The position numbers were made by a program, and so were the translations under genes. From the NCBI GenBank assembly GCA_035945895.1, contig DASYZS010000001.1, positions 1 to 56,735 on the forward strand: a stretch of DNA of 56,735 nucleotides, written 5' to 3'. The notes below the pieces were generated by a model that searched no databases, had not been told where the DNA came from, and worked only from the letters and a program-made list of their open reading frames with translations. Every line of letters starts with the position of its first letter. The first letter of the stretch is position 1. Source of the DNA: Candidatus Dormiibacterota bacterium. Its GTDB lineage: Bacteria; Chloroflexota; Dormibacteria; Dormibacterales; Dormibacteraceae. This document shows, piece after piece, positions 25,441 through 33,518 of this stretch.

Positions 25441-25956
25441 ATGAAGATCGAGAGTCCGGCTTTCACGATCGCAGATATCCGGTCGTTCATGGATTCATAC
25501 GCCGCCAGGGAACGCGACCTGCTCGCGGATCGGCTGCAGCGCGTGTCGCAGCGGCTGGCACAGCTCGGGCCTCGCGTCAAAGCGCAGCCTGGCGACGACG
25601 GCGATTGGAACGCCCACGAGCTGCTGGCGCATATCTCGGTGCTGTCGAAGTTCTATGGCGTGCTGGTCCACCAGGTGTCGAGCGGGAAGCCTCACGCGGA
25701 CCTGCTCGAGGCCGTCAACATGCGCGACAGCGCGGGCCAGCAGATGGCGCAGCTCGCCCCAGAGCAATTGCTGAGCATGTCGCTCTCGGACCAGGAGCGC
25801 ACGATCAAGACGTTGCGTTCAAGTGATCCCGACGCGCTGCGCCGGACAGCTCAGCTGGGCGACAGCCTCACCATGACCGCGGAGGAGATCGCGCGGATGC
25901 CTCTCATCTCGCACCTCGAGATGCACATCGACGACCTCGAAAAGATGGTGGGCTAA
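25441..25956 (+). CDS. DinB-superfamily protein
   Basis: 171 aa. His-containing helices (WNAHELLAHI, SHLEMHIDDL) typical of DinB_2 four-helix bundles. Confidence 0.65.
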   Translation: MKIESPAFTIADIRSFMDSYAARERDLLADRLQRVSQRLAQLGPRVKAQPGDDGDWNAHELLAHISVLSKFYGVLVHQVSSGKPHADLLEAVNMRDSAGQQMAQLAPEQLLSMSLSDQERTIKTLRSSDPDALRRTAQLGDSLTMTAEEIARMPLISHLEMHIDDLEKMVG

Positions 25957-26375
25957 GAGCTCACCTGCGAGTAGCCGAGCCGGCGCAGCTCGCGCCGGAT
26001 CGAATCGGCGGCGCCGTCCATCATCGCGGGGTCAGGGTTCGGATCCTGGTTGCCGAAGTCGAGGTCGTGGAGTCCGCGTATCGGCACGACGTGCAGGTGG
26101 CAGTGCGGGACCTCGAGCCCGGCCAGCATCACGCCAATTCGTACGGGTTGGAATGCCGCCATCTGCGCGCGCCCGACTGCCTGCGCGGTCTCGGTGAGAC
26201 TGCACAGTAGGTCCGGGTCGAGGTCCAGCCAGTGGTCGATCTCCTGGCGCGGCACCACCAGCACGTGACCTGGACGCAGCGGCCGGTTGGAGAGAAACAC
26301 CACCGAACTGTCGTCCTTCCACACGAATCTCGCCGGGAGCTTGCCCTCGATGATCTGGGTGAAGATCGTCGCCAT
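25953..26375 (-). CDS. HIT-family nucleotide hydrolase/transferase
   Basis: Start at ATG 26375, sharing 1 nt with the permease stop (TGATG). Histidine triad HCHLHVVP. N-terminus FTQIIEGKLPARFV. Confidence 0.9.
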   Translation of the reverse strand: MATIFTQIIEGKLPARFVWKDDSSVVFLSNRPLRPGHVLVVPRQEIDHWLDLDPDLLCSLTETAQAVGRAQMAAFQPVRIGVMLAGLEVPHCHLHVVPIRGLHDLDFGNQDPNPDPAMMDGAADSIRRELRRLGYSQVSS

Positions 26376-27148
26376 CAGACTTTGGGCTCCCACTGAAAGA
26401 AGCGAAGACCGACGATCAGGCCGCCGATGCCCCAGGCTCCGAGGACCAGGAGGTCGTCGGCGTGCAGCCCCGATCCGCTGAGCTGAAAGAACGAGCTGAT
26501 CATCGCGTCCGCAAAGTGCCGTACAGGAAAAATCTTGCCGGCGATGTCCAGCCACTGCGGCGGGTTGTTGAGCGGGATGAACACGTCAGAGATGAACAGC
26601 AGCGGAAGGATGGTCCCGTTGACGACCGCGGGCGCCGCGTCAGCGTTGGGGATGAATGCGGTGATCGCGACTCCCAGGGCGCTGAACACCGCGGCGCCGA
26701 CCAGGAGTGTCAACGCGAAGGTGGGCAGCGTCGTGGTGGGAAGCGTGGCCCCGAAGAAGATCGCACCGAACGCCGCGCAGATGATGACCAGCAGGATCGC
26801 CATTAGGACCGCGTGAATGATGCGGGCCGCCATGTAGCTCCCCACCGGCAGCGGAGATCCATGGATTCGCTTGAGGGCACCGGAGTCTCGTAAGAAGCTG
26901 AGCGAGATCGCGATGTTCGTGTAACACGCGTTGATGACCGAGAAAGCGGCGATCGAAGGCACATAAAAGGTCGCCACGCGCACGGTCTTTCCGGGCGCCA
27001 CCATCAGCGAACCATTGCCGAAGATCACCGAGAAGATGACCAGGAAGATCAATGGAAAGACGAGCGTGAAGAACAGCGATGCCGGATTACGGACGAACGC
27101 CTTGTTGACGTACCAGACCTGGCGAAGGGCCAGCGTCACGTCGTTCAC
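26375..27148 (-). CDS. ABC-2 type exporter permease (DrrB-like)
   Basis: GTG 27148 overlaps the ATPase stop (GTGA). Six helices. Confidence 0.85.
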   Translation of the reverse strand: MNDVTLALRQVWYVNKAFVRNPASLFFTLVFPLIFLVIFSVIFGNGSLMVAPGKTVRVATFYVPSIAAFSVINACYTNIAISLSFLRDSGALKRIHGSPLPVGSYMAARIIHAVLMAILLVIICAAFGAIFFGATLPTTTLPTFALTLLVGAAVFSALGVAITAFIPNADAAPAVVNGTILPLLFISDVFIPLNNPPQWLDIAGKIFPVRHFADAMISSFFQLSGSGLHADDLLVLGAWGIGGLIVGLRFFQWEPKV

Positions 27149-28059
27149 GCCTGGGTCGCCTCCGCCTCTTTCGTGATCTCCAGGTACACGTCTTCCAGGG
27201 ACGGCCGGAGAACCTGGAGGCCTTCGAGCGAGATCCCGTTCTGGACTGCCCATGACGTGAGCTCGAACAAGGTCCTGGTTGGATCGGCGGCTTCCAGCTC
27301 GAAGTCGTCGCCGTCGACCTTGGCCGTAGCGCGGATACCTTCCGGAAGCGCTGTCGCGTCTGAGAGGCGAAAGCGAACGACGGTGTCCGCCCGCCTGCGC
27401 CCCACGAGCGAATCCGGCGTGCCCTCCGCCACGACCTTGCCCGCCGCGATAATGACCACGCTGTCGGCGAGGTACTGCACCTCGTCCATCGCGTGCGAGG
27501 TGAGAAAGATCGTCTTGCCGAGGCCGGCCAACCCTTTGATCACTTCCCACGCATTGCGCCGAGCGCCGGGATCGAAACCCGTCGTCGGCTCGTCCAGAAA
27601 GAGCACGGTTGGGTCGCCGGCCAGCGCGATCGCCACGTCGAGGCGACGCTTCTGGCCACCCGACAGCCTCGTCACGCGTGTCGACGCCTTGTCCTCGAGT
27701 CCGACCAGGCGGATGACGTCCTCTCGGGTGCGCGGCTTCGGGTAGTAGCCGCGGAACATGTCGACCGTTTCGGCCACCGTCAGGTACGGATCGACGCCGG
27801 TCGTTTGCAGAACGATGCCGATCTGTTCTTTCAAACGCCGGTCGCCCGAGGCAGGGTCAAACCCGAGCACATACGCGCGGCCCCCGTCGCGCTTGCGAAA
27901 GCCCTCGAGGATCTCGACGGTCGTCGTCTTGCCGGCACCGTTGGGGCCGAGCATTGCAAACACCTCGCCCTCGGCGACCTCGAAGCTGATGCCGCGCACG
28001 GCCTGCACCGGTCCATACGACTTGCGCAGGTCGACGACTTCGACCGCGGCGCGGCTCAT
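27145..28059 (-). CDS. ABC transporter ATP-binding protein (DrrA-like)
   Basis: Walker A GPNGAGKTT, signature LSGGQKRR, Walker B LFLDEPT. Confidence 0.9.
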   Translation of the reverse strand: MSRAAVEVVDLRKSYGPVQAVRGISFEVAEGEVFAMLGPNGAGKTTTVEILEGFRKRDGGRAYVLGFDPASGDRRLKEQIGIVLQTTGVDPYLTVAETVDMFRGYYPKPRTREDVIRLVGLEDKASTRVTRLSGGQKRRLDVAIALAGDPTVLFLDEPTTGFDPGARRNAWEVIKGLAGLGKTIFLTSHAMDEVQYLADSVVIIAAGKVVAEGTPDSLVGRRRADTVVRFRLSDATALPEGIRATAKVDGDDFELEAADPTRTLFELTSWAVQNGISLEGLQVLRPSLEDVYLEITKEAEATQA

Positions 28060-29006
28060 GCCCAGAATCTCTCCGGCACGTCGGCGCCAAAGGCCAAGCG
28101 GTGACGCTGAGCGAATTCTTCGCGCGTATAGCTGTGCTCGATCGTGCCGACGTACTCCACCGCATACACAGCCGCAAGTGACGCGATGCGACCGGCATCC
28201 GCGAGCTCGAGTCCGCGAAGCAAGCCCGCCACCAGGCCTGCCCGATATGCATCTCCGGCGCCGGTTGGATCCACCTCGCGCTCCGACGGAGCGGCGGGAA
28301 CGTCCACAGTACCGTCACGCGTCGTGATCCGCGAACCCTGGCGGCCGAGGGTGGTGACGACCATCCCGCAGAGGTCGAGCATTCCGTTCATGTCACGCTG
28401 GGTGCGCTCCTGGATGAGCTCGAGCTCGTAGTCGTTGCCGATGGTGATCCATGCCCCCGTGGCGCTGTCCGTCACATCGTCCCCGTCCATCATCGGCAGC
28501 TGATGCGCCGGGTCGAAGACAAAACGAACCCGCCGGTCCCGACACTCCGTGACCAGCCGTTTCATCGCGCCCGGGTCGTTGGGTCCGATGATCACGGCGT
28601 CGACGTCGGGAGGCCCGTCCTCGAGACCGAGGATGCCCGCGCGCCACATCGCGCCGCCGTAGTAGCCGGTGAGCTGGTTGTCGTCCATGTCGGTGGTCGT
28701 GAAACCGGTCGCGCTCAGCTCACCCTCGAGGAGGCGCAGACCCCGGCAATCGATGCCGAGCGCCATCAGCCACTCGCGATACTCGGCCGCATCCGTTCCG
28801 GCGGTGGCGAGAACCGCTGCGGGATAGCCCAGCAGAGTCAGGTTGTACGCGTAGTTGCCCGCCACGCCGCCCTTGCGCTTCTGCAGGTCGTCGACGAGGA
28901 AGCTCAGGTTCAGGATGTGGGTCTTGTCGAGGAGGATGTGGTCTTTGAACCTGCCCTTGAACGTGAGTATGTAGTCGTATGCGATCGACCCCGTGCAGAG
29001 GACCAT
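28056..29006 (-). CDS. PfkB-family kinase, adenosine-kinase-like (resembles mycobacterial AdoK)
   Basis: GSIAYDYILTFKGRFKDHIL...LSFLVDDLQKRKGGVAGN, and DPTGAGDAYRAG near the C-terminus. Start taken at the internal ATG 29006 (MVLCTGSIAYD); 29024 is the alternative. ATGA overlap with the ABC ATPase. Confidence 0.8.
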   Translation of the reverse strand: MVLCTGSIAYDYILTFKGRFKDHILLDKTHILNLSFLVDDLQKRKGGVAGNYAYNLTLLGYPAAVLATAGTDAAEYREWLMALGIDCRGLRLLEGELSATGFTTTDMDDNQLTGYYGGAMWRAGILGLEDGPPDVDAVIIGPNDPGAMKRLVTECRDRRVRFVFDPAHQLPMMDGDDVTDSATGAWITIGNDYELELIQERTQRDMNGMLDLCGMVVTTLGRQGSRITTRDGTVDVPAAPSEREVDPTGAGDAYRAGLVAGLLRGLELADAGRIASLAAVYAVEYVGTIEHSYTREEFAQRHRLAFGADVPERFWA

Positions 29007-29022
29007 GGCTGTCAGATGAACC

Positions 29023-29658
29023 ATGACTGATACCCCGGCCGTAGATCAAATCCCGCCGGGAGGCGAGCCGATGACCGACTTCTCATGGAAGTCGTGGTCG
29101 CCCGAAGAGGTCATGGGTCGCCTGCGTGGTGTCAGCGTTCCATGGGCTTTCGTCGGTGGCTGGGCCCTGGACCTTTTCCGCGGCTCGGTCAGTCGGGAGC
29201 ACGAGGACGTGGAGATCGCGGTGCCGAAAGCAAGCTTCTGGGCTATCCGCGATGCGCTGCCGGAGCTCGAGTTCATGATCGTCGGCGCCGGACGGAAGTG
29301 GTTGTTGTCCGACGACGTCGCGTTTGCGATGACGCACCAGACGTGGGGACGCGACCCCGCGACCGGTGACTACGTGCTCGACGTGTTTCGCGAACCACAC
29401 GAAGGCGACGTGTGGATCTGCCGCAGGGACCATTCGATCCGGATGCCGTATGCCGAACTCTTCGAGCGAAACACTGACGCCTTGCCATACGTGATCCCCG
29501 AGGTGGTCCTGCTGTTCAAGGCGAAATTGGCAAGGGCAAAGGACGAGCAGGACCTCGAAGGCGTGCTGCCCTTCCTGAGCCCGAGCTCGAAGAGTTGGCT
29601 GCGCGACGCGATCGAGCGCGTGCATCCAGGGCACCCCTGGATCACGCGCATTCGCTGA
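29023..29658 (+). CDS. nucleotidyltransferase, ANT(2'')/PF10706-like
   Basis: VPWAFVGGWALDLFRGSVSREHEDVEIAV resembles the GGW..D...G..R.H.D.D core of aminoglycoside 2''-nucleotidyltransferases. A later ATG (29071) is a possible start. Confidence 0.55.
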   Translation: MTDTPAVDQIPPGGEPMTDFSWKSWSPEEVMGRLRGVSVPWAFVGGWALDLFRGSVSREHEDVEIAVPKASFWAIRDALPELEFMIVGAGRKWLLSDDVAFAMTHQTWGRDPATGDYVLDVFREPHEGDVWICRRDHSIRMPYAELFERNTDALPYVIPEVVLLFKAKLARAKDEQDLEGVLPFLSPSSKSWLRDAIERVHPGHPWITRIR

Positions 29659-29673
29659 GTCTCTTTTTCCTGG

Positions 29674-30144
29674 TCAGGCGGCGCGGCGCCGAACCGCGCG
29701 CCGGCGTGCCCGGTTTGCCGCCGGCTTGACCGCGCTCGGGTTCAGCTGGCTCGCCTGCTCCAGCCGCGTCGCGGTGCGGGCAATGGTCTTGAAAGAGCCA
29801 TTGAAAACCCGCAGCGTCTGCTTGGCGACGTCGCCCATCACATCCTGACGGCGTGCCTGCACCTTGACGACGTGAAGTCCCTTCACCGCAAGGTTCTCAG
29901 GCAGCTTCCGGTTCACCTCAACGCCGAAGAGCTTCAGCTTGTCCGGAAGCATCGCGTTGATCCGCCGGTTGATCCGCCGTACCGCCGGCGTCCCTTTGCG
30001 CTCGAAGCTCCGGACCTGCTTGCGCATGCTGCCCAGCGGGTCCGTCGCTACGTCCGCGGCCGTTTTGGCCGCGCCGACCGCCACCTCTTCGACCGCAGTT
30101 GCGGTCACACCTAAGTCCGTGCTCACTGTTCTACTTACCTCCAC
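29674..30144 (-). CDS. hypothetical basic protein
   Basis: 156 aa, GTG start, predicted helical, Arg-rich tail (NRARRRAVRRRAA). I recognise no family. Confidence 0.4.
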   Translation of the reverse strand: MEVSRTVSTDLGVTATAVEEVAVGAAKTAADVATDPLGSMRKQVRSFERKGTPAVRRINRRINAMLPDKLKLFGVEVNRKLPENLAVKGLHVVKVQARRQDVMGDVAKQTLRVFNGSFKTIARTATRLEQASQLNPSAVKPAANRARRRAVRRRAA

Positions 30145-30152
30145 GTGATTTC

Positions 30153-30179
30153 ATGACGCATCATAACGCATTGCGTCAT
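30153..30179. promoter_or_regulatory. perfect 8-bp inverted repeat ATGACGCA-N11-TGCGTCAT
   Basis: Sits in the AT-richer 31-bp spacer between the DUF4031-like stop (30176-30178, inside the right arm) and the next gene's GTG (30144). ACGCAT also occurs twice in direct orientation. Confidence 0.4.
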
Positions 30180-30544
30180 TCAGCGTCAACCGGAGGTCGA
30201 AGCCGGGCGATCAGGGCTTCGGCAGGCGGGCCGAAGAGGTCGTAGTGAGCGACCTTGCGACGCTTCTCGGGCTGGATCCATTCAGGACGGAGACCGTGCT
30301 GAGCTCCCCACTCCTCGAGCACGTGGCGCAGCCCGATCACGTGAAGGAAGGGCTTCTCGCGGCGGAAACCCCGGATCGTGGAGCCGTGGTAGGAGTCGAA
30401 GTTGCGATGGACGGCGATGCCGCCCTGCTCGGCGAAGGCTATCGCCTCTTTGATCTGCCGCCGCTCAAAGTACTTTTCGCGCACTCGTACAAATTGGACG
30501 GTACGCGCACAGATGGCACGGTCGGTTCTCATGCTCGGGACCAA
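30176..30544 (-). CDS. DUF4031-like protein
   Basis: The C-terminal part (LEEWGAQHGLRPEWIQPEKRRKVAHYDLFGPPAEALIA) resembles the DUF4031 pattern. The 5' end overlaps the helicase-nuclease gene by 20-80 nt depending on the start used (ATG 30544 or 30532, or GTG 30484). Confidence 0.45.
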   Translation of the reverse strand: MVPSMRTDRAICARTVQFVRVREKYFERRQIKEAIAFAEQGGIAVHRNFDSYHGSTIRGFRREKPFLHVIGLRHVLEEWGAQHGLRPEWIQPEKRRKVAHYDLFGPPAEALIARLRPPVDAE

Positions 30545-33518
30545 GCGAGAAATCGCCCGCCAGGATTCGGGACGACGCGGCGGCCACGTGTTGCTCGACC
30601 AGGTCGTCGTCCGGATTGACCTCCAGTGCCTCGGCCCGGCGGAGATCGAACAGCACCAACCTCGGATCCGCGCCTCCGGCCAGCAGGCCGCGGTGCGCCG
30701 CCAGGCCGTAGATGCGCAGCTGCAGCCGGTACGCGTCGAGCAGCGCCTCGTCGAGCGTGGCGTTGGTTTTGAAGTCGATCAGCACCGTGCGCCCGTCGAG
30801 CTGGCAGATTCGGTCGACCAGCCCGCGCACCCGCGTGCCCCCGATCGACATGTTGAATCCCGCTTCGACCGCAAGCGTCTCGGCGCGAGCGAGCGGATCT
30901 TTGAGATAGCGCTCGAGCATCTCGCGTCCGCTCTCGGGCCCGCGATAAAGCCCGAGCAGATCCCCGCCGTTCGTGTGCCATGCGGCGAGCGCTTCGTGCA
31001 CGGCCGATCCGAGCTCGGTCGACCCGATCGCCCGGACCTGGACGGGCTGCAGCTCGTCCGGCGGAGCGGGCACGCGCCAGACCTGGGCGAAGCGGTAGCG
31101 CACCGGGCAGACCTCGAAGTCGTGGAGCTGCGAGAAGCTCAGCTCCACGCTCTGCTCAGCACCCGATGGCGGAGGGGCGTGGCCGGGACGTATTTGCTCG
31201 AGGCGGTCGAGCACTGCGGCGACGACGGACGGATCGTCTCGCACCTGACCGTTCAGAGCCCGCGGAACCGGCAGCTCCAGCTGCTCCGACTCCACGACCG
31301 TCGCGGACTCGGGGTGCGCAAGCGCCCAGCTCAATATCTCGGCGAAGTGATCGTGGTCCTCGACACCATTCGCTCCGACCTCGTGAGCTGACGGTTCCTC
31401 CCGGGTTGCGGTGACGTAGAGCGCGTCCTTTGCGCGAGTCAGACCGACGTAGACGATGCGACGCCGTTCACCGATCGCCAACCTCACGGCGGGTGCGCCA
31501 GGCGACGTCTCCACGTACCGCGGATGCTTTTCGCCTCGCCAGCTCTTCATCACGAAACCAAGGTTGTCGGCGTCGAAGAAGAGCCTCTCGGTGTCGCGCG
31601 GTCGCGGTGGCCGCAGGTTGACCAGGAAGACGACTGGAAACTCGAGGCCCTTGGCGGCATGGATCGTGAGCAACGACACCGCTTCCGCTCCTTCGGACTC
31701 TTCCGCCGCCTCACCCACGGGAAGCTCGGCATCGATTACCTGGTCGAGGTGGCGGACGAAATCTCCAATGCCCGCGAGGGCAAGGTCTCGCTCGAACCGT
31801 CCCGCGAGCTGGGAGACCTTGCGCAGGTTGAGAAGAGCGCGCGGGCTTCCGTCGCGCTGCGCTCGCAGCTCGGCCCAACGCAGGTATCCGCTCTCCTCGA
31901 GCAGGCGGTTGAGGATGTCGCCGACGGTGAGCGTATCCCGCAGCCGGCCGGTTCGGTCGGTCAGCTCGAGCAGCCGGACGGCCTCGGCCGCGACTTTTGC
32001 GTCCATCTCGGGGAAACCCTCGCGTCTTGACTCGTCGAAGCAGTCGCGCAGGCGCATGCCTGAGCGCTCGAAGCGGCGCGACGCGAGCCTGTACATGCCT
32101 GCGTCAGCGAGGCGGACGATCGGGCCCTGCAGGATGCGCACGAGCGCTCCGTCGTCCATTGGGTTCTCGGTGAGCCGGAGCAGAGCCAGCACGTCCTTTA
32201 TCTCCTGGCGGTCGAAAAACCCAGAACCACCGCTGGTCACATAAGGAATTCCCTGCCTGCGCAGCTCATCCTCGAACTCACGTGGCAGCATCCTCACGGA
32301 ATGCGAGAGCACCGCGATCTCGCGAAACGCCCGGCCCCTGACGTGCAGACGGCGAATGGTTTCCGCCACCGATCGCGCCTCGGTCCGCGGGTCCGGCGCC
32401 ATCATCACGCTCACCGGTGGACCGTCGCCGAGGCCGCGGGTCGCGGTCAGCTCGGGCTCGCCCGCGAAGTCGGAGTCACGCCGGATGAAATCGGTGGCGC
32501 AGTCGAGGATGCCCTGGTAAGAGCGCCGGTTGTGCGTCAGGGGAAGTCTCGTGCCCGGAAAGCGCGACCTGATGTTCTCGATCTCTGCATCGCGCCATCC
32601 GTAGATCGACTGCTTGGCGTCGCCGACGACCGTCACGTTGCCGAAGCCCTCGGCCGCGGCGAGGCGGATAAAGTCCAGTTGGATCCGGTTCGTGTCCTGG
32701 AACTCGTCGACGATCAGGTAATGGAAGCGGTCGCGGCACCGCCGCCGAAACTCCGGCACCCGCTCCAGCGCGTCGATCACCTCGAGCAGCAGGTCGTCGA
32801 AGTCGCGGAGTCCCTGCCCGCGCAGGCCATCCTCATAGGCGCGGTAGATCGTGAACAGCACGTCGACCGCCTCCGCCTCGGCGCGCGCCGGGTCGGGTCC
32901 GCCTGAGCCGTTCGGGGTGGGCCGGCCGCTCCAGTGCTGAGCGTGCAGATCGAGTGCTCGGTGATGGAACCGCTCGGGAGTGATGCCTCGGCCTTTGAGC
33001 TTCAACAGGAAGCGAAGGCCCGAGCGAAGGAGATCGTCCAGGTCATCCACTGACAGCGCGGTAAACGAGTCGGGGTCGAAAGGCGCGGCCGCTCCGCTTC
33101 TCAGCCTGGCGAGCAGCTCTTGCTCGAACAGCCGCTGCCCGGTCTCGTCCAGCACCCGCATCTCGCGGGGTGCGCCGACCAGGTAGGCGAACTCGTCGAG
33201 CAGCCGCGCGCAGACGCTGTGAAAGGTTCCGATCCAGGCTCCATCGAGCGCGTTAGCGCTGAGGTCAGGACGGCGCGCCACGAGCTCGCTGGTGATGCGC
33301 TGCCGCAGCTCCTCGGCCGCGCGGTCGCTGAAGGTCATGGTGAGGATGTGGTCCGGCGCAACGCCCTGCTCGACGAGCCAGCAGAACCGTTCGGTCGCGG
33401 TGAATGTCTTGCCTGTGCCCGGTCCGGCCGCTATGAGGAACGCACCCTGAGGACCTGCGTGGGCGGCCGCAGCCTGCTCAGGGCTCAGCACCGGGGCTCG
33501 GACTCGCGTCGCGCTCAT
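30465..33518 (-). CDS. UvrD-type helicase fused to a C-terminal PD-(D/E)XK/Cas4-like nuclease (AdnB/AddA-like subunit)
   Basis: Start ATG 33518 (ATGA overlap with the upstream gene). Walker A AAGPGTGKT, DEFQDTN, nuclease core LIDFKTN, and Cys pattern C...CHLCAYRPIC. Confidence 0.85.
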   Translation of the reverse strand: MSATRVRAPVLSPEQAAAAHAGPQGAFLIAAGPGTGKTFTATERFCWLVEQGVAPDHILTMTFSDRAAEELRQRITSELVARRPDLSANALDGAWIGTFHSVCARLLDEFAYLVGAPREMRVLDETGQRLFEQELLARLRSGAAAPFDPDSFTALSVDDLDDLLRSGLRFLLKLKGRGITPERFHHRALDLHAQHWSGRPTPNGSGGPDPARAEAEAVDVLFTIYRAYEDGLRGQGLRDFDDLLLEVIDALERVPEFRRRCRDRFHYLIVDEFQDTNRIQLDFIRLAAAEGFGNVTVVGDAKQSIYGWRDAEIENIRSRFPGTRLPLTHNRRSYQGILDCATDFIRRDSDFAGEPELTATRGLGDGPPVSVMMAPDPRTEARSVAETIRRLHVRGRAFREIAVLSHSVRMLPREFEDELRRQGIPYVTSGGSGFFDRQEIKDVLALLRLTENPMDDGALVRILQGPIVRLADAGMYRLASRRFERSGMRLRDCFDESRREGFPEMDAKVAAEAVRLLELTDRTGRLRDTLTVGDILNRLLEESGYLRWAELRAQRDGSPRALLNLRKVSQLAGRFERDLALAGIGDFVRHLDQVIDAELPVGEAAEESEGAEAVSLLTIHAAKGLEFPVVFLVNLRPPRPRDTERLFFDADNLGFVMKSWRGEKHPRYVETSPGAPAVRLAIGERRRIVYVGLTRAKDALYVTATREEPSAHEVGANGVEDHDHFAEILSWALAHPESATVVESEQLELPVPRALNGQVRDDPSVVAAVLDRLEQIRPGHAPPPSGAEQSVELSFSQLHDFEVCPVRYRFAQVWRVPAPPDELQPVQVRAIGSTELGSAVHEALAAWHTNGGDLLGLYRGPESGREMLERYLKDPLARAETLAVEAGFNMSIGGTRVRGLVDRICQLDGRTVLIDFKTNATLDEALLDAYRLQLRIYGLAAHRGLLAGGADPRLVLFDLRRAEALEVNPDDDLVEQHVAAASSRILAGDFSLGPEHENRPCHLCAYRPICTSARKVL

